Shown one piece after another: positions 35,461 through 43,796 of a stretch of 44,036 nt of DNA. The notes below the pieces were generated by a model, which worked only from the letters and a program-made list of their open reading frames with translations, did no database searches and was not told the origin of the DNA. The stretch's first letter is position 1, and each line of letters starts with the position of its first letter. Source of the DNA: Candidatus Heimdallarchaeota archaeon (GTDB taxonomy: Archaea; Asgardarchaeota; Heimdallarchaeia; Hodarchaeales; Hodarchaeaceae); the NCBI GenBank assembly GCA_048881705.1, contig JBHLSH010000025.1, positions 1 through 44,036 on the forward strand, read 5' to 3'. A program made the position numbers and the translations under genes.

Positions 35461-36954
35461 ATGACAGCGATTATTCAACAAACGCAAAAACCAATGGTAC
35501 GCCCAGAGACAGCCCGTCCGAAATCGGTTGCTGTTGAATTCGAAGTACCCTTAATTATAAGAGGTAAGGCCATTTTTCCAAATTCAAACGATCCAGTATT
35601 CGGCGGAAGAAATGGTAGTGCTCAGTTCTTAACTCCAGATGCAAAAAAATATGTTCATCGCATCGGACTCTCAGATCCTTCACAGCTCAGGGATCTCTAC
35701 AATCTCTCGATTGAGAACATATTGGATTTCATTCACGATCTCGGGGAAAGACTGGTTTTAAGTGAAAACGAATACCTCCGAGAAGCTTTCAAGTTGTCGG
35801 TAGAAGCAAGTGGTCTCACTAAAAGCGTTTTGGCCGCAACCTACCATGCGCTCCCACAGTTCTTGAGCAAGCCTCACATCAAAGACATGTTGGAACACCG
35901 TATTGGAATACCTTATCTGGAAGAATGGGTTCCTACCAGAATGTTGGATGGACGAACTGTATCGATTCGGGCTTTTGGAGCTCGAACTGTTCACGTGATA
36001 GCGGGAAATGTTCCATTAGTGGCCGCGGGTACACTAGCTCGTAGCTGTGCCACACGTTGCGATACAGTAATCAAAACGCCTTCCAACGACCCCATTACTG
36101 CCTCCGCTCTTGCCTTGACTATGATCGAAATGGAACCTAACCATCCCATAACCAAACACGTGAGTACCGCTTATTGGAAAGGTGGCGATGTTGAGTTTGA
36201 AGAACAGTTCTATACTCCCCAGTACGTTGAGAAAATCATTGCCTGGGGTGGATTTGCGGGTATCAAACACATCACGCGATACCTGCAACCAGGTATAGAC
36301 CTAATCACTCTGGATCCCAAGTTGTCTACCTCCATAATTGGAAGAGAAGCCTTTTCAAATGAAGATACGATTTATTCAGCGGCGGCATTAGCCGCACGTG
36401 ACGTGGGGGTGTTTAATCAAGAAGCTTGCGTATGTGCTAGAGTGATTTATGTCGAAAGCGGCACTGATCCTGAAGGCATCGAAAAGGCAAATCGTTTCGG
36501 GCAATACCTTTATTCTGCGTTGGCAAATCTTCCCCCAGAGTTTTCAACCCCTCCAAAGACATTCAATGCCGAATTAAAGAATGAAATTGATGCAATTCGA
36601 CTCACGGATGATTTTTATCAAGTGTACGGAGGTCAGGACAATGAGGGTGCCGTCATCGTCTCGCAATGGGATGAACCAGTTGATTTTTCAGCACAGCTTT
36701 GTTCACGGGTAGCCAACATCGTTCCCATTGATTCCATTGAAACAGCTATCGAATCGACCAACGCATACACTCAGACCGCAGGAATATATCCAGAACGCTT
36801 AAAGAAAACAATTCGGGATGATCTTATCATGCATGGTGTACAACGAATAGTTTCTTTGGGACACGCTGGTAATGGAAGCTTTGCGACCCCTCAGGATTCT
36901 ATCGAACCCTTGAGGCGGATGGTCAGATGGGTGATGGACGAACAAACATTCTAA
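35461..36954 (+). CDS. luxC: LuxC-like acyl-CoA reductase (aldehyde-forming)
   Basis: VHVIAGNVPLV, IKTPSNDP, IIAWGG, catalytic-Cys segment FNQEACVCARVIYVE, GVQRIVSLG...PQD...PLRRMVRWV. Confidence 0.85.
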   Translation: MTAIIQQTQKPMVRPETARPKSVAVEFEVPLIIRGKAIFPNSNDPVFGGRNGSAQFLTPDAKKYVHRIGLSDPSQLRDLYNLSIENILDFIHDLGERLVLSENEYLREAFKLSVEASGLTKSVLAATYHALPQFLSKPHIKDMLEHRIGIPYLEEWVPTRMLDGRTVSIRAFGARTVHVIAGNVPLVAAGTLARSCATRCDTVIKTPSNDPITASALALTMIEMEPNHPITKHVSTAYWKGGDVEFEEQFYTPQYVEKIIAWGGFAGIKHITRYLQPGIDLITLDPKLSTSIIGREAFSNEDTIYSAAALAARDVGVFNQEACVCARVIYVESGTDPEGIEKANRFGQYLYSALANLPPEFSTPPKTFNAELKNEIDAIRLTDDFYQVYGGQDNEGAVIVSQWDEPVDFSAQLCSRVANIVPIDSIETAIESTNAYTQTAGIYPERLKKTIRDDLIMHGVQRIVSLGHAGNGSFATPQDSIEPLRRMVRWVMDEQTF

Positions 36955-36975
36955 TTCCTTCTCACCCCATTTCTC

Positions 36976-36991
36976 TTTTTTTTTCTTTTTT
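36976..36991 (+). terminator. Oligo-T archaeal terminator
   Basis: T9-C-T6 tract about 20 nt after the luxC-like stop. Confidence 0.5.
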
Positions 36992-37122
36992 CCTACTCCA
37001 GTCCGAATAGTGGATCCTATTTTCACTAGCAGACTCTCCCTAACCAAGACAAATTCGCATAATGTCAAGGAATTTTATGATTTGGTTATCCTATCAGCAA
37101 AGCTAAAGGAAGATCCAATTGA

Positions 37123-39561
37123 TTAACAATTTCCATTCGCAGGTTTTTTAATTTCAACTATTCCCTTCCCACCGTCAACCAAAACCTTATTTCCGGTTTT
37201 TAATCTCATGGTGGCATCTCCACATCCAACAACGGCTGGAATCCCTAATTCCCGTGCAACAATTGCTGCATGCGACAGAATGGCTCCCACATCCGTAACT
37301 ATACCAGCAGCTTTGGGAAAAAGCAAGGACCAGCCAATGTTAGTTGTCGTGGTAACCAATATCTCCCCTGGTTGTAATAAGTGGCCCTCATCGGGAGAAT
37401 TTAATAGGCGAACGTAACCTTCAACTCGACCCATGGACGCGGCTGAACCTTTAACAACATCAGCTTTTTCATCTATGCTGATAGCTGAGGTTCCCTGAGA
37501 ATCATAGAGGTCACTCCGTCTAGTTGGACTTTTGGCCCATTCTAATGGATCAAAACGACCAATAATAAATGCTGGATATGGAGGAAGCTCTTTATATCGC
37601 TCATATGTATCTTTGCGAGTTGGTATAAACGCCCGTACGAATTCATTTCCCTTAAGAACCTCTAGCACTTCCTCCTTTGTCAAGAAGAAAATATCATCTC
37701 CTAAATTCGTGAGCTGTGCCACTTTTAATAAAAACTCTCTAAGAATACCCCAGAAGCGTATATATTCTGACCTAACATCTTCTCTATCAATCGTAGCTTG
37801 GGTAACGTGAGTTATTTGATTTTTAATTTTGTTTGCTTTTTTGGGATATTTTTTCGTCAACTTTTCCCAAGCTACTTTGAATTTATCATGTTTCCTATGC
37901 AGTAACTCGTTAACCTTGATCGGAGTCTCCCTATATTCTTCCAGTTTTTCATTCAACCAGTTTGGATCTTCATATGGCCGAGGAATAGATAACTCTGTCT
38001 CATGGGAAGATCTATGACCATATTTTTCCATATATTGAGTAGGGGACAATTCTCCTTCATCTACTTTCGATAGCCCAATTAACGGTCCGAGACTAGCTAA
38101 TTGACCCTCAATCCCAGATAGATTAGACAATAATGTATTTGCATCCTCTTCCCGCACTAGTTTGAGTAATTTCTTTCGTAGCTTGGTGGTAGGAGGAATA
38201 GCACTTTTCATAATGAAACGAAGAGTCCAACAAGAATGGAGAAAATAGGGGTAAATTTCCTCGTTATACAAAGAAATCAATTCATCATTTGTGGAAGCGG
38301 TACTGATTCTTTCCTTTATTTCTTGACATTTTTTGGGAGTACTAGCCACAAATTCGTATCTTTTCCTTATGAATTTTTTTCCAAAGAATTCTAGCCAGAT
38401 ATTTGCTGGAGCATGCCTGATCAATGTCCGCAAACGGTAAGGGAACAATGGAACTCTTGGGAGTTTTGGTATACGACCCATAGTATCTTCAAACTGACCC
38501 AATGACTTTTCAAAATTCATACCAAGTGACCCAAATGATGATGCAAAATAACTCAAATTCACATACGGTCTGCCACAAATATTTCCCGCAACAGGACAAT
38601 CAGCATCTGATACAAACGTTTCTGCTTCGATAAGGAGGATTTCGCTGAATGACCATGTACTTGGTGTCATTACTTCAGGTGTTGCCTCAGACATGTTGAC
38701 ATTCGACCAGAGATAATCTCCAATCAAACTCGCATTCCACAAACCTTTAACTGGATCATAACCCACTAGAGTAGAAACTGATCTTGATTGAAGTAGGTAT
38801 AGCTTCCCACCCGAAACACAGAATTCGATATCTTGTGGAAAAGCAAATAATTTCTCAACTCTTATAGCCAACTTGTATAGCCTCTTTGAGTGTTTTTTCA
38901 GAGAGCTAGGGCCATTATATCTTCCTTTTGGGCGTTCAAAAATGAATTTTTTAGCATCACGTTCTCCAGAAACTAAATGTTCTCCGTAACCAGTAATATA
39001 GTTCCCCACCATTATCATTCGATTACCTGTAACTGGATCTGCTGAAAACAGCACACCAGAGATGTCTGCTGGGATTTGTTGCTGCACGATTAAGGCCATC
39101 TCGTGAGCAACTGTCAGACATTTCTCTTTGCTGTAAACTTTTGCTCGGTCTTTAAGTCGTGATGCACGCACAACATGGATGGCTTTGTGAATCTCATCAT
39201 CGGTTCGATTGTTAAGAACCGTTTCAAATGCTCCAGCAAATGATGCTCTAAAAGAATCCTCCATTAAGGCTGAAGAACGAACGACAAACTGTGAATCAGG
39301 GTTCTTCTTACGAAGATTTGTTAAATGCCTCTGAATTTCTAGCCAAGCTTCTGACATCAATTCATCGTCATCAAAGGCATTGGGTTTGATAATGAGTCCA
39401 TTTGGAACAGGAAAACCAGCCTGAAAGAGACGAGCAAGATTTCCTCCCTTCCCTCCTGCAACATCTTGATCAATTGAATTAAGATCTTTAAATGCCACAG
39501 TAAATAGGTTTTTGGATTTTATCATGCTGCACCGTTCCCGTAGTGTTATCATACTTTGCAC
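37123..39561 (-). CDS. PEP-synthase/rifampicin-phosphotransferase-like enzyme (ATP-grasp + substrate domain + C-terminal phospho-His swivel)
   Basis: GGKGGNL..L.QAGFPVP, RSSALMEDSFRASFAG, DIEFC, LLQSRSV, C-terminal ILVTTTTNIGW...GAILSHAAIVARELGIPAVVG. RPH-type domain order. Likely true start is ATG 39525. Confidence 0.88.
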   Translation of the reverse strand: MQSMITLRERCSMIKSKNLFTVAFKDLNSIDQDVAGGKGGNLARLFQAGFPVPNGLIIKPNAFDDDELMSEAWLEIQRHLTNLRKKNPDSQFVVRSSALMEDSFRASFAGAFETVLNNRTDDEIHKAIHVVRASRLKDRAKVYSKEKCLTVAHEMALIVQQQIPADISGVLFSADPVTGNRMIMVGNYITGYGEHLVSGERDAKKFIFERPKGRYNGPSSLKKHSKRLYKLAIRVEKLFAFPQDIEFCVSGGKLYLLQSRSVSTLVGYDPVKGLWNASLIGDYLWSNVNMSEATPEVMTPSTWSFSEILLIEAETFVSDADCPVAGNICGRPYVNLSYFASSFGSLGMNFEKSLGQFEDTMGRIPKLPRVPLFPYRLRTLIRHAPANIWLEFFGKKFIRKRYEFVASTPKKCQEIKERISTASTNDELISLYNEEIYPYFLHSCWTLRFIMKSAIPPTTKLRKKLLKLVREEDANTLLSNLSGIEGQLASLGPLIGLSKVDEGELSPTQYMEKYGHRSSHETELSIPRPYEDPNWLNEKLEEYRETPIKVNELLHRKHDKFKVAWEKLTKKYPKKANKIKNQITHVTQATIDREDVRSEYIRFWGILREFLLKVAQLTNLGDDIFFLTKEEVLEVLKGNEFVRAFIPTRKDTYERYKELPPYPAFIIGRFDPLEWAKSPTRRSDLYDSQGTSAISIDEKADVVKGSAASMGRVEGYVRLLNSPDEGHLLQPGEILVTTTTNIGWSLLFPKAAGIVTDVGAILSHAAIVARELGIPAVVGCGDATMRLKTGNKVLVDGGKGIVEIKKPANGNC

Positions 39562-39588
39562 AAGTTCTGCAACTCACGGTTTATAAAA

Positions 39589-39625
39589 CTTACTTTGAGG
39601 TCAATTTTATATACTTTGAAGTACA
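39589..39625. promoter_or_regulatory. Candidate TetR operator(s) in the divergent promoter
   Basis: Imperfect palindrome TATACT-ttga-AGTACA (39610-39625) with a degenerate copy 21 bp upstream (CTTACT-ttga-GGTCAA, 39589-39604). A third TACTTTG lies at 39552. Confidence 0.45.
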
Positions 39626-39644
39626 ATATTATTCTTGAACCTAG

Positions 39645-40244
39645 ATGCCAAGAATTATTCCCGAATATAAAGAACAAGCAGAAAAACGGATAATAGAAGG
39701 AGCATTAAGAATTTTTTCTGAAAATGGCTATCATAATACGAAGATGGAGGATATTGGGAAAAAATTAGGAGTTAGTAAAGCAACCATTTACAATTACTTC
39801 AAAAGTAAGGAAGATCTATTCCTTGCTGTGGCAGAATATCGCATAGCCTTACGTCAAGAACAATTTTTTTCTTTTCTTTCAACAGATCTCAATGCTCTCG
39901 CATCGGAACAGTTTTTTCTGGAGAATCACGCGAAAATTGCTGATTCACCACGTTTTAGTCTTGATTTTATTAATGAAATTAGACGAAATGAGTTATTACG
40001 GCGGAAATTTCGGGAATCCAATGACCTAGCTCTTGAAAGACTGCTCCAATTCTTCGATAGCTTTAAAGAAAAGAAGATCCTCAAACAAGAAGCTGATTCA
40101 AAAACGCTTATCTTCGCTTTCATGGCCATAAGAGATGGATTAAACCTTGGATCATTATACGGTTTGGATCTTTCTGCCGCAGCAAAAGCATGGGCGAAAA
40201 TATGGGAAATGATCTTGAAAGATGTTACGGTTGATCCTCTATAA
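39645..40244 (+). CDS. TetR/AcrR family transcriptional regulator
   Basis: N-terminal HTH RIIEGALRIFSENGYHNTKMEDIGKKLGVSKATIYNYFKSKEDLF. Confidence 0.96.
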   Translation: MPRIIPEYKEQAEKRIIEGALRIFSENGYHNTKMEDIGKKLGVSKATIYNYFKSKEDLFLAVAEYRIALRQEQFFSFLSTDLNALASEQFFLENHAKIADSPRFSLDFINEIRRNELLRRKFRESNDLALERLLQFFDSFKEKKILKQEADSKTLIFAFMAIRDGLNLGSLYGLDLSAAAKAWAKIWEMILKDVTVDPL

Positions 40245-40542
40245 GAGGATAAATTCCCCATCAATGATGGCGACAAGGTATGTACGGCCTCGGATCCTCC
40301 AAAGGATCTTATGACGTTCCTACACCATTAGGGCATATCGAAAATCCTTTTGGGGGTTTTTTCAAGGAAAAGTTTCTTATATACCGCATATTCTGCAGTC
40401 CAGTACTGATGCGATGAATGCGATAGAGTTTGCCTTCCAGCTCACCTTTAGATTAGTCTAAAAAGATCACATCAAAGATCTTGAGGGAAACCGCTTAAAG
40501 AATGTCTTCGGATGTCAAAAATGGTGATGACGTGGAATCCAT
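40239..40542 (-). pseudogene. Possible decayed small gene downstream of the hcp-CTERM pair
   Basis: GGAGG RBS + ATG at 40542 reads MDSTSSPFLTSEDIL*AVSLKIFDVIFLD*SKGELEGKLYRIH through two in-frame TAA. Protein-like fragments continue in other frames (ERHKILWRIRGRTYLVAIIDGEFILL*), ending at a TAG that overlaps the tetR 3' end. Confidence 0.3.
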
Positions 40543-40592
40543 CTAGCCTCCAAAGTGATTTCCTCAGATAATGACTAGACAGCCGTTTATGA

Positions 40593-40620
40593 CCCTGAAA
40601 GGTTAGGTCTGCTTTCAGGG
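40593..40620 (-). terminator. Hairpin overlapping the stop of the CTERM gene
   Basis: Perfect 9-bp inverted repeat CCCTGAAAG-N10-CTTTCAGGG. Confidence 0.45.
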
Positions 40621-41328
40621 CCGGCTTTTCCTTTTAAACTTCTTTAAGAGAAGAACTAAAAGGAATACACCAATTGTGGAAATGATTGGGAATCCGGAGG
40701 ACACATTTGGTGATTCTAAGGATGTGGTTGATGTCGCTGGATAGAAACCCGAAAGATAAGAAATGGGTAATCTGCCAATGAATTGATCTAGGATAATCCT
40801 AAAATCGGGAGTCTGCTGATTTGGCTCGAAATCTGTTGTAATTTGAGCCAATACAGTCGTTTCCAAGTTTTGATTGTTTATATCTGAAAACTCAATGAAG
40901 AAAAGGGTCAATCGCTCATTTTTAACTGTAAAATGTTCGTTTTCATTTCCCGTTTGCCAATTTTGGGCATGTCGATAGGGATCCCCAAGCATCCAAAAGA
41001 GATGGTATTGTCCATCCACGGTCTGCATGAACAACATTGCAGCTTTGATCACAAAGGGATTTTCTTGAATTCCAAGAACAACCAAAACGGCGAGTAATTC
41101 ATTTGATTCCAACTGAGAGGTGGTATTCAAATCATATTCCAACGTTATTGCTATAGTTGGCCCCGTTTGAACTACTCCAACAATCCCGACATTTTTCTCA
41201 TTGGTACCCGCTAATGTACCTTCAAAGGAGTTGGTATTGACGTTTGTTCCAGCGGATAATATCGGAGCATTCCAAAGCACGAGGGTGAAAACGAAAACCC
41301 TCAGTAATAGAAATGAAGTTTTTTTCAT
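40615..41328 (-). CDS. Secreted surface protein with CTERM-type anchor (237 aa)
   Basis: Signal peptide MKKTSFLLLRVFVFTLVLWNAPILSA, beta-rich core, Ser/Thr linker, SSGF + TM + KKFKRKSRP. Confidence 0.82.
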   Translation of the reverse strand: MKKTSFLLLRVFVFTLVLWNAPILSAGTNVNTNSFEGTLAGTNEKNVGIVGVVQTGPTIAITLEYDLNTTSQLESNELLAVLVVLGIQENPFVIKAAMLFMQTVDGQYHLFWMLGDPYRHAQNWQTGNENEHFTVKNERLTLFFIEFSDINNQNLETTVLAQITTDFEPNQQTPDFRIILDQFIGRLPISYLSGFYPATSTTSLESPNVSSGFPIISTIGVFLLVLLLKKFKRKSRP

Positions 41329-41348
41329 TACCGCTCAACATTCGCTCA

Positions 41349-41960
41349 TTAAACCGCTGAGCCTCCGCCCCAAGTAAGCCAACCTGATGCCACATCGCCC
41401 ATGGGATTGCCTGCTGAATCATACTCAGTATAGGTCCACTGGATTTTCTCATAATTGAAAGATAATGTTTCAGTCGGATGGTCGTCGACTAATCCATAGC
41501 TTTGAACAGAAGTGATTATCACATTTTGGAGTTCAATCATCAGGAATTTATGTGAGGAGCTTCCTCCAGACCAGAATTCCAACGTTACTGCTGGGATAGC
41601 GGCTCCATTTGCACATTTTTGAGTTATTATAGGCGTCGCCTTATCCACAGTTTTGGTAATTCGAAGGGGGCTATGTTTCACGACGCCACTAGCGCGTCCT
41701 GTAGCCACATCATAGGAACCTTGGATGTTATGTGAGTATGAGAGCACTTCAATCCAATTTTGATGATTTGCATCTTTGGACTCACCGTCGATCCCATCTA
41801 TATGGAGGAACATGTCCGCTGCTAGACTTGTAGGGCCATTCACTTCGTCAGTTGAAGCATTGACAGGGGGAGCGCTTAAAGCTTCGACTAAAAAAGCAGA
41901 AGCGGTACCCAATAGGAGTAGTGAAGGGATGATTATTCTTATCAAAGAATTCGTTTTCAT
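41349..41960 (-). CDS. hcp: Hcp (type VI secretion tube protein family) with N-terminal signal peptide
   Basis: Residues ~48-203 match Hcp1: ADMFLHIDGIDGESKDANHQNWIEVLSYSH, HSPLRITKTVDKATP, IELQNVIITSV, PTETLSFNYEKIQWTYTEYDSAG...SGW. Preceded by MKTNSLIRIIIPSLLLLGTASAFLVEALSA. Confidence 0.92.
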   Translation of the reverse strand: MKTNSLIRIIIPSLLLLGTASAFLVEALSAPPVNASTDEVNGPTSLAADMFLHIDGIDGESKDANHQNWIEVLSYSHNIQGSYDVATGRASGVVKHSPLRITKTVDKATPIITQKCANGAAIPAVTLEFWSGGSSSHKFLMIELQNVIITSVQSYGLVDDHPTETLSFNYEKIQWTYTEYDSAGNPMGDVASGWLTWGGGSAV

Positions 41961-42142
41961 TTTTATCTTTCCATTCTTCTTATCAAAATATGTGGAGTTG
42001 GAAAGGGAATTTTTTAAGGATTACCAAATGGAATGAGAATTAGGCATAGATTTGACAGCTTGTTGTTAGTCTGGCGTTCCATGAAATAGGCAAAAGAAGA
42101 AACGATGTGATATGGTTCTAGCTGGATGATGGACGAAGGATC

Positions 42143-42163
42143 AATTGGAATCCCATTCCAATT
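42143..42163. promoter_or_regulatory. 21-bp palindrome in the hcp / methyltransferase divergent region
   Basis: AATTGGAAT-ccc-ATTCCAATT, perfect 9-bp arms. Confidence 0.4.
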
Positions 42164-42292
42164 ATTCCTTTTTATTTCTTCAAATCCTCAATAGGAAGTG
42201 TACCAATGTTCGTTACCTGAACCCTGACCCAAAAAACCTTGACTTTTTTTTTGGATTTCGTAGCATCAAATATAAAAAGATAGTTATCCATA

Positions 42293-43129
42293 GTGGAAAA
42301 AAGTCCCACTTTTGATTATGTAAAACTTATCGCAATCGCCCCGGTTAGGATTAGCATGGTGGAAACAGATCCCGAAGGTAGAGAACTTGAGGCTTTACAG
42401 AAATACGTGTCTTTGAAAGATAAAAAGGTTTTGGAAATTGGGTGTGGAGACGGTAGACTTACTTTCAAGTATGCTAATCTCGCGAAGTATGTAATTGCCA
42501 TTGATGTCAATGCTAAAGAGATCGAGAAAGCGATAAGCAAGATTCCCCCAGAATTGTCATCAAGGTTGGAATTTCAGGTCGGGAGTGGCGATAACCTTCT
42601 TTTTGAAGATGAATCCTTTGATGTCGTCTTTTTCGCTTATTCCTTGTGTTGCTTCATGGACGGGTTAGATGCTATGAAACAGGGACTAAATGAGGCGTGG
42701 CGTGTATTGAGATCTGATAAAGGAGTTCTAATCGGTCTGCACCCTTCTCTTCAACAACCATATCAATCCAATGCCGGAAACTTCCTCTATCTTATCACTC
42801 GGAAGCCAAAAGATCTTCTACAGCCATGGTCTGCAGAGAAATGGTGCGAACTAGAACGTGATGCTCGGTTCGCACTTAAAAATATAGCAGTAATTGAACA
42901 AAAATTCAATTTTGTAGCTGATGAATCAATTGTAGTGAATTACTACTATACAACGCTTGATGATGTGTTAGGAGATTTAGGGGAGGAGGTAGCGGAGAAT
43001 TATCTTATAAACATAAGTAACGACACAGTGGAGGAACTTCGTAAAATGGAGGAAGCAATGCGAACCCCTAAAGGGATTTTATGTCAAGAAAATGCGATCT
43101 TAACGGTTCTAGAAAAAATATCAAGGTAA
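42293..43129 (+). CDS. Class I SAM-dependent methyltransferase
   Basis: Motif I VLEIGCGDG, IAIDVN, GSGDNLLFEDESFDVV, EAWRVLR. Start may be ATG 42356. Confidence 0.92.
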   Translation: MEKSPTFDYVKLIAIAPVRISMVETDPEGRELEALQKYVSLKDKKVLEIGCGDGRLTFKYANLAKYVIAIDVNAKEIEKAISKIPPELSSRLEFQVGSGDNLLFEDESFDVVFFAYSLCCFMDGLDAMKQGLNEAWRVLRSDKGVLIGLHPSLQQPYQSNAGNFLYLITRKPKDLLQPWSAEKWCELERDARFALKNIAVIEQKFNFVADESIVVNYYYTTLDDVLGDLGEEVAENYLINISNDTVEELRKMEEAMRTPKGILCQENAILTVLEKISR

Positions 43130-43307
43130 GCTGGGGATATAATGGCTACCATCCAGAAAAACCTGCAGTTGTCCAAAGGGGCAGATAATCTGAATATCGT
43201 AGCATCAGGATCAAAAACACGAATTCTCGGCTTTTGCCAAGTTCTCAATACATGCCTCGTTGAATTCGGAAATATAAGTAATGGGACGTTAAGTTGCTAA
43301 TATTTCG

Positions 43308-43796
43308 GTGAACAATATGACTGACGTAAATAAAGTAAATCCTCGGAACAAAATGGTGTATGGTGCCATTGCAGGGGGGATTGGTGGTGCCGTTGATATT
43401 ATCCTAAAATTTGTGGTCACAACATTCAATATCGGGAAATTTGATGACATAGCTTTTGCTTCTCAACAATTTTTCGGTACGGCATCAGGTAGCCCGAATA
43501 TAGTTGGAGTTTTTGGTATGGGTATTGTGATGTGGGCCTTTGTGGGCTTGATTTTTGGTGGGATACTATACCTATTGTTGACGCGTGCTGGCTGGGAACG
43601 AAATCTCACCAGATACACCGTTGTAGCGTTCGTAATTGGTTTTGTGTTGTTCCTCGCCACTCTAACCTATTTGCCGTTAGCAGAGTGGGATTTGCTTATT
43701 GACCTTCCAATTCAACTCGTGATAGGTGTAGGTAGTATGGTACTTCTCGCACCAATTGTTTATGCTTTAGAACAGCGGGATGTCTCCGCATTCTAG
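43308..43796 (+). CDS. Integral membrane protein (4-5 TM helices)
   Basis: Alternating Gly-rich hydrophobic segments (YGAIAGGIGGAV, IVMWAFVGLIFGGILYLLL, VVAFVIGFVLFLATL). Confidence 0.8.
   Translation: MNNMTDVNKVNPRNKMVYGAIAGGIGGAVDIILKFVVTTFNIGKFDDIAFASQQFFGTASGSPNIVGVFGMGIVMWAFVGLIFGGILYLLLTRAGWERNLTRYTVVAFVIGFVLFLATLTYLPLAEWDLLIDLPIQLVIGVGSMVLLAPIVYALEQRDVSAF

Noticed and set aside
33986-36954. Bioluminescence operon
   Set aside because: No luxA/luxB luciferase, luxD or luxG in the window.
41349-41960. A functional type VI secretion system
   Set aside because: Only hcp is present, and it has a signal peptide, which is incompatible with canonical T6SS export.
2085-43660. Remaining short ORFs nested antisense or out of frame within long genes (e.g. 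2085-2273, 13207-13434, 19910-20260, 24473-24817, 30866-31372, 39926-40276, 41776-42036, 43463-43660)
   Set aside because: They overlap well-supported genes and have no independent motifs.
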